IMG/VR virus record: IMGVR_UViG_3300017963_000059
Location: 1 to 56,328 of that record
Direction: 5' to 3' (one strand)
Length of the DNA stretch: 56,328 bases
Source of the DNA: a virus
Taxonomy: Duplodnaviria; Caudoviricetes
Positions 27,601 to 35,287 of the stretch are shown one piece after another. Numbering within the stretch: the stretch's first letter is position 1; every line of letters starts with the position of its first letter. The position numbers and the translations under genes are program-made. Below the pieces are notes generated by a model that saw only the letters and a program-made list of their open reading frames with translations, had not been told where the DNA came from and did no database searches.

Positions 27601-28749
27601 ATGATAAAAATAGCGCATTTTGCAGATTTACATGCTTCCCAGAAAAACAAAGAGGAAGCGATAAAAGCCCTGAAATTCATACTCGAAACCTGTGAGGAAA
27701 GGGAGGTCGATGCGATAGTCAACGCCGGGGACACCTGGGACGGAGCTATTACATTGAATGACAGCGGTCCGTTCAACGAGATTATAGGGCTTATTGGGAA
27801 CACCGCGCCGGCGCCTATGTATATCATTCAGGGAACGCCCAGCCATGATATACCGGGCAGTATTAATATATTCAGGCGGTTAAGTCAGCCCCATCTTGGT
27901 GATACACATCGTACTCTGATCTTCCGGGAAGCTTACGGACCTATGAGGATGATTACCAAAAAGGGAGAGTTGGGAACAATTTCACTTCTTCCCGCACCGT
28001 CTAAATCGATACTGGCAAAAGGCCTTGAAGCGTCTCCGGATGAAATAAATGAACTTATACGCAGTAATCTCAGGGCAATTCTGGCTGATTTCGGAGCTAA
28101 GGTTTCTGTAGACGATAAACCACACATTCTGGTCGCTCATATCACCGTAACCGGATCAGAAACATCGACAGGTCAGACGATGTATGGTGGGGATATACAG
28201 GTATCGACAGCTGACCTAACCTTGGCAAACGCTGATTATATAGCCCTGGGACACATACATAAATCCCAGCAAGATTCATTTCCTGATCATATTAGCTATG
28301 CCGGATCTCCTTATCATCAGAATTTCGGGGAACTGGAGCCGAAGGGATTCAAGATAGTGACCTTCAATGATAGCGGTAAACTTCAAGAGATCGAATTCAT
28401 AGAAACCCCATCCAGACCGCGGCAGGTGATCGATGCTCATATTGTAGACGGAAAACTCGAATATTCTGAGGAACCGTGTAAAGGAGCAGATATCAAGGTC
28501 AGGATTCATGCGGAGGCGCATCAGTTCAATCCGGAAATGGAAAAGGATGCCCACACCTGGTGTGAAACGGGCAACAGTACCATCATCGAGAAAATCACTT
28601 CACCATTGATGAGGATCAGGGCTGCTAATCTAACGGAAGCTAAAACACTCCGGGATAAACTCACCGAATACGCTGAAGTCAAAGAAGCAGAGGTTACTGA
28701 TACTTCATTGGAAAAAGCGGACATATTGGAAGAGGAGGTGAGGGTATGA
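27601..28749 (+). CDS. sbcD: SbcD/Mre11 metallophosphoesterase nuclease
   Basis: ADLH, AGD, GTPSHD, AH, LGHIH and YAGS motifs. Confidence 0.92.
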   Translation: MIKIAHFADLHASQKNKEEAIKALKFILETCEEREVDAIVNAGDTWDGAITLNDSGPFNEIIGLIGNTAPAPMYIIQGTPSHDIPGSINIFRRLSQPHLGDTHRTLIFREAYGPMRMITKKGELGTISLLPAPSKSILAKGLEASPDEINELIRSNLRAILADFGAKVSVDDKPHILVAHITVTGSETSTGQTMYGGDIQVSTADLTLANADYIALGHIHKSQQDSFPDHISYAGSPYHQNFGELEPKGFKIVTFNDSGKLQEIEFIETPSRPRQVIDAHIVDGKLEYSEEPCKGADIKVRIHAEAHQFNPEMEKDAHTWCETGNSTIIEKITSPLMRIRAANLTEAKTLRDKLTEYAEVKEAEVTDTSLEKADILEEEVRV

Positions 28750-31010
28750 GACTGATCAGCGTGACAATCAGAGGCGCCATCGGTTTAACGCCTTATGGCG
28801 AGACTGTGGTTATTCCATTTGAGAGGTTTGATCCGGGTCCCATAGCTTTAGTAGGTCCGAACGGCGCCGGCAAGTCGACGATACTCGAGAACCTGCATCC
28901 CTGGCCGAGAATGGTTACCTACTCGGGGTCTCTCACAAATCATTTTTATTTGAAGGATTCATTGAGGGAGATCAGGTTTGAGTATTCCGGACACATATAT
29001 ACATCCCGGTTTCTGATTGACGGTGAAAAGAATAAGATTGAGACCTATCTCTACCGGGAAGACCAGCCCCTTAACGATGGTAAGACTCCCAGCTATAAAA
29101 AGCTTGTTGATGAATTGTTCGGAGATCCCGATTTATTCTTTAAATCGATATTCCTATCTCAGAACGGAGACCGGATATCTACCCTGAAAGCAGGGGAGAG
29201 CAAGAAATTCTTTGCCGGACTGATGGGACTTGACAGGTATCAGCTATGGTCGTCTGATGCGAAGGAGAGGGCGTCGCAGTTATCCGAGACCAGGGCGGAG
29301 TTAAGCGGCAAGATTCAGCAGCTTGAGGAAACTATTAAGAATAGTGAAGGAAGGCTTTCCGAGCGAGAAATAATTGAAAGGGAAATTAGGAGTATTCAGG
29401 AGATTATCCGGGGTTGGGAAGCCGGTTTATCGGCAGTTGATAAAGAGATTAATGAAACTCAGGTTCAGGCTGTCGAGCGGCAATCCATTATACGACAGAT
29501 CGATGAACTTAAAGAGGAGATATCCTTCTTAAATACAGAACATGACGATCTGGTGGAAACCCACAAGGCCAAGACTAAAGAAATCGAATCAAAGCTCCAG
29601 GAAAGCCAGCAGGGGATGGAGAAGCAACATCAATATCTGGAGCATGCTGATACTATCAGAAATAAGGCTAAACGATTTAAGGAGCTACAGCAGCAAGATT
29701 CCGAACTCTCTGAATTGAAGCAAAGGGTTTCAGAGCTTAATATTGAAAGAAAATCCCGAACCATCAAGATTGAAAATGAAATTAAAAGCAGGACAGATCG
29801 AATAAACCTCCTTGCTCAGCAGATTATTATTAACGAAAAGGCCGCCGGCCAGTTGGATGTTGTTCCCTGTAACGACAATGAAAATTATGTTAAGACATGT
29901 CCCCTCATTGAGAACGCGCGGAAGGGCAGGGATGAGGTTGCTCGACTTAAAAAGGAGTTGGCCGAACTTGAAGCCCATAAAGATGATCCGATCCCGGAGC
30001 AATCCCAATTGGATACCCTTGATGTGGAAATCAAAGCAATTCCGTATGATATATCCCGACATAATGAGATTAGAGATGAGCTCAAGAAACTACGGGAGAG
30101 GGACTGGACTAAACTAATAAGTGACTTAGATAAAGCCGAGACGACCATTGAGGGTCTCGAGGTGGGGATTGAAAAGCTCGAAGATCGTCTAACTGAAATC
30201 GCTATGGATTATGATTCCCGATCTAAGGTAATTACTACCAAACGAATAGAGAAGGAGAAGGATCTCGAGCAATTAAATAAATCTCTCTCTCAGATGCCGG
30301 AAGTAAACATCACGAAACTCCAGGACAAGAAATCCGATATTCAAAACGCTCTGTCATACAACCGTACCAAGTTCGGTGAAGTTCAGGGGCGGCTTAAAAT
30401 GCTCGATGAGCTTGCTGAAACCAATGAAAAGCAGAAAGAGGAATTAAAGCAGCTGAGTACTAATCAGGATATCCTTAACAGAGATATCTCTGACTGGAAG
30501 TTCCTGGAATTAGCCTGCGGTAAAAACGGCCTTCAGGCGTTAGAGCTTGATTCGGCCATTCCCCAGATATCAAATATAGCTACAGAGATTCTGCAGGAGT
30601 TCGGCAGGGAATGGTCTATCGCCATCAGTACAATCCGGGATTCGTCTGACGGCAAGAAGGAGATAGAGGATTTCCGGATAATGGTTTCGCGTCCGGGGGG
30701 AGTTGTGGAACTCGATAAGCTTTCCGGTGGCCAGAAGGTCTGGATTGAGGAGTCTCTCCGAAAAGCGGTCACTATCTATCTGATAAAACATTCCGGGAGG
30801 GACTACAGAACTATCCTGCAGGACGAAGCGGATGGTCCCCTTGATCCGGATAGAGCGGAAGCCTTCCTGAAAACGGCATTTAAGGCTCATGAATTAACCG
30901 GGGCATATCATACGATACTGATCACCCAGCGTCCGGAGATCTGGAATCAGGTTCCTCAGAGGATTCACCTGAATCCGGAAACTGGTAAGATTGAGATGGT
31001 GATGAACTGA
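28746..31010 (+). CDS. sbcC: SbcC/Rad50 SMC-family ATPase
   Basis: Walker A GPNGAGKS, long coiled coils, LSGGQ signature, Walker B LQDEADGPLD. Confidence 0.92.
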   Translation: MRLISVTIRGAIGLTPYGETVVIPFERFDPGPIALVGPNGAGKSTILENLHPWPRMVTYSGSLTNHFYLKDSLREIRFEYSGHIYTSRFLIDGEKNKIETYLYREDQPLNDGKTPSYKKLVDELFGDPDLFFKSIFLSQNGDRISTLKAGESKKFFAGLMGLDRYQLWSSDAKERASQLSETRAELSGKIQQLEETIKNSEGRLSEREIIEREIRSIQEIIRGWEAGLSAVDKEINETQVQAVERQSIIRQIDELKEEISFLNTEHDDLVETHKAKTKEIESKLQESQQGMEKQHQYLEHADTIRNKAKRFKELQQQDSELSELKQRVSELNIERKSRTIKIENEIKSRTDRINLLAQQIIINEKAAGQLDVVPCNDNENYVKTCPLIENARKGRDEVARLKKELAELEAHKDDPIPEQSQLDTLDVEIKAIPYDISRHNEIRDELKKLRERDWTKLISDLDKAETTIEGLEVGIEKLEDRLTEIAMDYDSRSKVITTKRIEKEKDLEQLNKSLSQMPEVNITKLQDKKSDIQNALSYNRTKFGEVQGRLKMLDELAETNEKQKEELKQLSTNQDILNRDISDWKFLELACGKNGLQALELDSAIPQISNIATEILQEFGREWSIAISTIRDSSDGKKEIEDFRIMVSRPGGVVELDKLSGGQKVWIEESLRKAVTIYLIKHSGRDYRTILQDEADGPLDPDRAEAFLKTAFKAHELTGAYHTILITQRPEIWNQVPQRIHLNPETGKIEMVMN

Positions 31011-31267
31011 TGATCATAGAAGTTAAAAGAGACGGGGAACTTCATGTGAAGTTCGAGAAGGGAGATTTCCTTCGTAAGACACCTGACCGGAAGCTGGCCT
31101 GGGAAGAAGCCAAAGAAGCTATCAAGGAGCGGTTTCCGGTGGGAGACAGGAAGTACGACGGAGAATTGAAGGCATGGATTATACGGGATACGCCTCAGAA
31201 CCGTAATGGAATCGAAGCTATTCAGAGGCTGTACTTTAAGGATGAGAATCAGGAAGAGATATTTTGA
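31010..31267 (+). CDS. Hypothetical protein
   Basis: Coupled to sbcC (TGATG); RKYDGELKAWII motif. Confidence 0.6.
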   Translation: MIIEVKRDGELHVKFEKGDFLRKTPDRKLAWEEAKEAIKERFPVGDRKYDGELKAWIIRDTPQNRNGIEAIQRLYFKDENQEEIF

Positions 31268-31272
31268 TTAAT

Positions 31273-31336
31273 CAGTACAGTTGCGCGATCTGGTCGGGTT
31301 TCTAACCCCCCTCCCGGTCAATCGCGTACTGTACTG
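31273..31336 (+). ncRNA. Long hairpin RNA 1 with a C-rich loop
   Basis: CAGTACAGT/ACTGTACTG, GCGCGAT/ATCGCGT and TGGTCGGG/CCCGGTCA stems; loop TTTCTAACCCCCCT. Confidence 0.6.
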
Positions 31337-31350
31337 CATGTTTAATAAAA

Positions 31351-31417
31351 TCAGTTCGGGATCGCGCAGATGCGCGGGGTTCCAGCCCCCCTCCCCGCCA
31401 TCTCCGATCCGGACTGA
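31351..31417 (+). ncRNA. Long hairpin RNA 2 with a C-rich loop
   Basis: TCAGTTC/GGACTGA, GGATCG/CGATCC, AGATG/CATCT and GCGGGG/CCCCGC stems; loop TTCCAGCCCCCCT. Confidence 0.6.
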
Positions 31418-31429
31418 AAAGATTAAGGA

Positions 31430-31614
31430 GTCGAAGTGGCGGAATTCATAAAGACGCTAAGAGAATCTAAGGAGCAACGCCCGTGAGGAAGCAGAGTTGT
31501 AAAAAGCCCGACCGTAGCCGAGGATGCAGGTGGATTGGTAACGACGATCCTGAAACTCACGGTGTCCGGATCAAGCGCGCTCCGTGCAGGGGTGGAAGTC
31601 CCCTGCTTTCGACA
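31430..31614 (+). ncRNA. tRNA-like RNA with a greatly expanded variable-arm region
   Basis: Acceptor GTCGAAG/TTTCGAC+A; D-arm-like TGGCGGAATT..AGACGC; T-arm-like GCAGGGG-TGGAAGT-CCCCTGC; nested GGAGC/GCTCC and CCGTGAG/CTCACGG stems. Confidence 0.65.
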
Positions 31615-31624
31615 AAAAATATCA

Positions 31625-31704
31625 GCTGGCGGTCGAGGGTAACAATTTGTCGTCCTGGAATTAAGGCTGGGGCGGCAGCCAACATACCAGCCCTCTCCGC
31701 CAGC
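31625..31704 (+). ncRNA. Structured RNA 4
   Basis: Nested GCTGGCGG/CCGCCAGC, GAGGG/CCCTC, CTGG/CCAG and GGCTG/CAGCC stems. Confidence 0.5.
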
Positions 31705-31731
31705 CTTATTAGTAAACGGAGAATATAATGT

Positions 31732-31926
31732 ATGAACCAGAAGATGGTGGTTAATAAGATGATTGAATGTTCATGTTGTTTACGGGTTGTCGAGGATTTT
31801 AATACTCAGGCCTGTCCGACCTGCGGTCAGATAGTATGTGATGATTGTGTTGATCAGGATTCGGGGACCTGCGGACTATGCAACCAGCAAATAATCGGAT
31901 GCGGCAACCTGGAGTTTGAGTATTAA
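31732..31926 (+). CDS. Small Cys-rich zinc-finger protein
   Basis: Four CxxC pairs. Confidence 0.6.
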   Translation: MNQKMVVNKMIECSCCLRVVEDFNTQACPTCGQIVCDDCVDQDSGTCGLCNQQIIGCGNLEFEY

Positions 31927-31927
31927 A

Positions 31928-32410
31928 ATGGCTTATGCGGAAAACACAAGCGTCAGTGCTGAGAAATCCCGGTCAGAGATAGAGCGGACTCTCCGGCGTT
32001 ACGGAGCATCCGGATTCATGTATGGATGGGTGGATGGCAAAGAGGATGAGGAAGCGATGATCAGGTTTAAATTGAATGCCCGGCATATTGCTTTCCGTCT
32101 CAAGGTGCCTTCACAGCATGATAAAAAATTCAAACTGACAGAAAGAGGCCGAGCGCGTTCCGAATCTCAGGCTTATAGCGCCTGGGAACAGGCTGTCAGA
32201 CAGAAGTGGCGGGCGCTGGCTCTGGTTATCAAGGCCAAGTTGGAGGCCGTGGAATCCGGGATAACGAGCATTGAAGATGAATTCCTGGCGCATATCGAGA
32301 TGGCTAATGGACTGACTATCGGTCAGTATGTGATTCCGAAGCTGGAGGCTTTATATAAATGCGGAAATATCCCGGCGTTATTACCTGATTTGAGGGGAGA
32401 TCATGAGTAG
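31928..32410 (+). CDS. Conserved phage hypothetical protein
   Basis: YAENTSVSAEKSRSEIERTLRRYGA and WRALALVIKAKLEAVESGI motifs. Confidence 0.75.
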   Translation: MAYAENTSVSAEKSRSEIERTLRRYGASGFMYGWVDGKEDEEAMIRFKLNARHIAFRLKVPSQHDKKFKLTERGRARSESQAYSAWEQAVRQKWRALALVIKAKLEAVESGITSIEDEFLAHIEMANGLTIGQYVIPKLEALYKCGNIPALLPDLRGDHE

Positions 32411-32612
32411 AAAATTCAATGACCATCGATGCGCTAATTGCGGGGCAGTGAATCATCAGGGATTGCCTCCGGGCAGGTTCGCCCGCTGTAATGTTTTAAA
32501 AATAATAGTATATCTATGGAAGGGAAGGCGGCATTCAATGCCCTGTGATGTAGTTAAGAACAGGAATCTATGGAGACCTATAGAAGAGGAGTTAAAGTTA
32601 GTTGGAAACTGA
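32403..32612 (+). CDS. Small Cys-containing hypothetical protein
   Basis: GAGGGGAG RBS; CANC..C..C. Confidence 0.55.
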   Translation: MSRKFNDHRCANCGAVNHQGLPPGRFARCNVLKIIVYLWKGRRHSMPCDVVKNRNLWRPIEEELKLVGN

Positions 32613-33465
32613 ACCAAGGAAGACAGCAGGAAAAGGAAGTCCATTACCGGGTTCGAAATACTGGATGCATTCTAATAATCCGTTGAGAGATGTCAGGGGC
32701 GGCTTCCATTGCACTAAATGCGCTCCGGAATGTCAATATTGCTGGGCGGAGGGCTTTAATCTCCGGACCATGAAGGGGAAGCCTTACGACGGCCAGAAGA
32801 CCGAATTCTACATAGACGAGAAAGTACTTGCAAAACTTAGCATGGGGGGAAAGCCGAAGACATTTTTCGTCTGTGATATGTGCGACTTGTTTCATGAGGA
32901 CGTACCTTTTGAGCTTCAAGAGAGGATTCTGATGAACATCCCTATGTCGGTGTTATCAGAACATATCTATCTAATTACAACTAAGCGTCCGTATTTGATG
33001 TCAAGAACACTAAGAATCATGCAAAACAAGTATGAATACTATCGAGATAATTTGTGGCTGGGGGTTTCACTAATCAGTAATCAGTATGTTAGCCAGATAC
33101 TTACTGATAATTTACTTCGTATAGATGAAGTCAACCGCTGGCTGTCAATTGAACCCTTAATTGGTGCAATCGACCTAAGCTTCCTTTCGGAGCCAGCCCC
33201 CAAACGTTGGAGAATTGACACCACTATTACCTCAAAGGCAAAACGCATAGATTGGGTAGTCGTCGGCGCCGAATCGGGACATGAACGTCGACCCTCCAGG
33301 ATTGAATGGGTTCGGCACATAGTACAGCAATGTCAGGAGTTTGAAATCCCGGTGTTTGTCAAGCAGTTGGATATCGGAGGTAAGCTGATCAGGGATATAA
33401 ATAAGTTCCCGGAAGATTTGAGAGTTCGGGAGTTGCCATTTTTACAAAATTCGGAGGACAAATGA
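32602..33465 (+). CDS. DUF5131 / phage Gp37-Gp68 family (radical-SAM-like)
   Basis: CTKCAPECQYCWAE, MCDLFHE, TTKRP, SIEPL, IDWVVVGAESG and PVFVKQL motifs. Confidence 0.88.
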   Translation: METEPRKTAGKGSPLPGSKYWMHSNNPLRDVRGGFHCTKCAPECQYCWAEGFNLRTMKGKPYDGQKTEFYIDEKVLAKLSMGGKPKTFFVCDMCDLFHEDVPFELQERILMNIPMSVLSEHIYLITTKRPYLMSRTLRIMQNKYEYYRDNLWLGVSLISNQYVSQILTDNLLRIDEVNRWLSIEPLIGAIDLSFLSEPAPKRWRIDTTITSKAKRIDWVVVGAESGHERRPSRIEWVRHIVQQCQEFEIPVFVKQLDIGGKLIRDINKFPEDLRVRELPFLQNSEDK

Positions 33466-33725
33466 AGAGGCTATACTTTAGAATGTTGGTGGGAACAGTA
33501 TTAACGCTCTGTATTTGGATCGTTGTCTTGAGTATCTATATAAATCATCAACGAAACCAAATAACTACGCTTCAAAATACAGACTCCATTATGCTGGATA
33601 CGCAGGGGCTATATGCTCAGATATTGGCGAAAATGAATGGATTGGAATTTTTCGATGAAGATATTCATATCCGAGATATGCAGGCTCTAAGCAGGCTTGA
33701 TAGTTTGAAATTAAACGCTTTTTAA
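33462..33725 (+). CDS. Single-TM hypothetical protein
   Basis: GGAGG RBS; N-terminal hydrophobic helix. Confidence 0.6.
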   Translation: MKRLYFRMLVGTVLTLCIWIVVLSIYINHQRNQITTLQNTDSIMLDTQGLYAQILAKMNGLEFFDEDIHIRDMQALSRLDSLKLNAF

Positions 33726-33734
33726 ATATATGAT

Positions 33735-34628
33735 ATGCCTTTAATCAAATATAAAGATCACAAATTCACCGCTAAAAGCGAAGCCATTATAAGCATGGCA
33801 AATATCATACTGAATGAATATACGGAGCAGGGATTTGATTTAACCTTAAGGCAGTTATATTATCAATTTGTTGCCCGGGGCTACATTCCTAATACTCAGA
33901 GAGAATATAAAAAACTGGGTTCGATCGTGAATGATGCCAGGCTTGCAGGACTGATAGACTGGAATCATATATCAGACCGTACCAGAAACCTTCAGAAACT
34001 GACTCATTGGGGATCTCCTGACGAGATCATCCGCGCTGCTGTTGATTCATATAGGATTGACAAATGGAAGGACCATAACTTCCGCTTAGAGGTTTGGATT
34101 GAAAAGGATGCATTGGTGGGTGTAATCGAAAGTGTCTGTAACAAGTGGCAGGTTCCATATTTCAGCTGCCGCGGGTACACTTCACAAAGCGAGATGTGGA
34201 ATGCGGCAATGAGAATTGATGATCATTCTATAGAATATATTAACGGTTTAAGTGAAAATCGTAATTTCATTATTCTCCATCTTGGAGACCATGATCCCTC
34301 TGGTATAGATATGACCAGAGATATAGATGATCGTTTATACATGTTTGAAGCTGAGGCTACGGTTAAAAGGATTGCGCTTAATATGGATCAGATAGATGAG
34401 TACAACCCACCTCCGAATCCTGCCAAAATAACGGACTCTCGAGCGAATGAATACATCAACCGTTATGGCGGTGACAGCTGGGAATTAGATGCACTCGAAC
34501 CTGCGGTTATTGAATCATTAATAGAACAGCATATTAAAAACTATCTCGATGTGGAAAAATGGAAAGAAGCCATGGAAAAGGAGAAATCTGAGAAAGAGTA
34601 TTTAAGGAAGCTAATTGGGAAATCGTAA
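33735..34628 (+). CDS. Topo VI-A / JetD-like TOPRIM protein
   Basis: LTLRQLYY winged helix, EVWIEKDAL, HLGDHDPSG and WELDAL motifs. Confidence 0.8.
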   Translation: MPLIKYKDHKFTAKSEAIISMANIILNEYTEQGFDLTLRQLYYQFVARGYIPNTQREYKKLGSIVNDARLAGLIDWNHISDRTRNLQKLTHWGSPDEIIRAAVDSYRIDKWKDHNFRLEVWIEKDALVGVIESVCNKWQVPYFSCRGYTSQSEMWNAAMRIDDHSIEYINGLSENRNFIILHLGDHDPSGIDMTRDIDDRLYMFEAEATVKRIALNMDQIDEYNPPPNPAKITDSRANEYINRYGGDSWELDALEPAVIESLIEQHIKNYLDVEKWKEAMEKEKSEKEYLRKLIGKS

Positions 34629-34679
34629 AACTCTACGATTCTATAATTCTTTAATTTGATAATTCACAAGGTTTAAAAG

Positions 34680-34949
34680 ATGATAACCTGGAAAGAATAC
34701 TATAAAAAAACTCAATGGGAATGGATGGGTAAAAAGGTCAGAACCTTAAAGGAAATCAGTAACCACTGGTTTGTCATCCCGAAGGGACATATCCTGAAGA
34801 TCGTTAGAAAGTATAAAGGCTTTGAATTGGAGGGAATCGATATCTGCAAGCATTGTAATATTGGAAAGAGGATTAGTATTGAAGGAGTCGATCCGACGAA
34901 TCTGGAACTTGTAGTAGATGCCGAACAAGAGGAATTGCCATGCAAATAA
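34680..34949 (+). CDS. Hypothetical protein
   Basis: 89-aa ORF in the early operon; CKHC. Confidence 0.55.
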   Translation: MITWKEYYKKTQWEWMGKKVRTLKEISNHWFVIPKGHILKIVRKYKGFELEGIDICKHCNIGKRISIEGVDPTNLELVVDAEQEELPCK

Positions 34950-35263
34950 ACAGCTTCGTTATCGGAGAGGATCCGGGCAAAAACAGAGTCTCGATATTCG
35001 TAAACGATAAAGAGATTCGATTACCTCACAAGTCATGGCTGTGTCTTCAGAAGCTTGCAGCGGCTCGTAAGACGGGGGAGAATGAGGGTTGGCTGCATCG
35101 TCTTGATATTGAGGATGGAGACAATCAATACAGCTATTTCTATTTACATCGCCTGCATAAGCAATTGTTAGAGCATATTCGTGGCGCAGACGCTCTGATT
35201 GTTTCAGATAGAACCGGGAAATACAGGCTTGAAATAGATCCGTCAATAATAGAGATACTCTAA
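34940..35263 (+). CDS. OmpR-type winged-helix DNA-binding protein
   Basis: IRLPHKSWLCLQKLA...YLHRLHKQL...IVSDRTGKYRL pattern. Confidence 0.55.
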   Translation: MQINSFVIGEDPGKNRVSIFVNDKEIRLPHKSWLCLQKLAAARKTGENEGWLHRLDIEDGDNQYSYFYLHRLHKQLLEHIRGADALIVSDRTGKYRLEIDPSIIEIL

Positions 35264-35287
35264 ATAGACAAAAAGGAAAGGAACGCT

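Noticed and set aside
31430-31614. tmRNA or an intron-containing canonical tRNA
   Set aside because: No GGGG…CCA alanine-type acceptor or tag reading frame; too short for a group I intron; the T-loop is non-canonical.
31483-31728. 81-aa ORF in the ORF track
   Set aside because: It runs across two strongly base-paired RNA folds and has no recognisable protein features; the RNA interpretation fits better.
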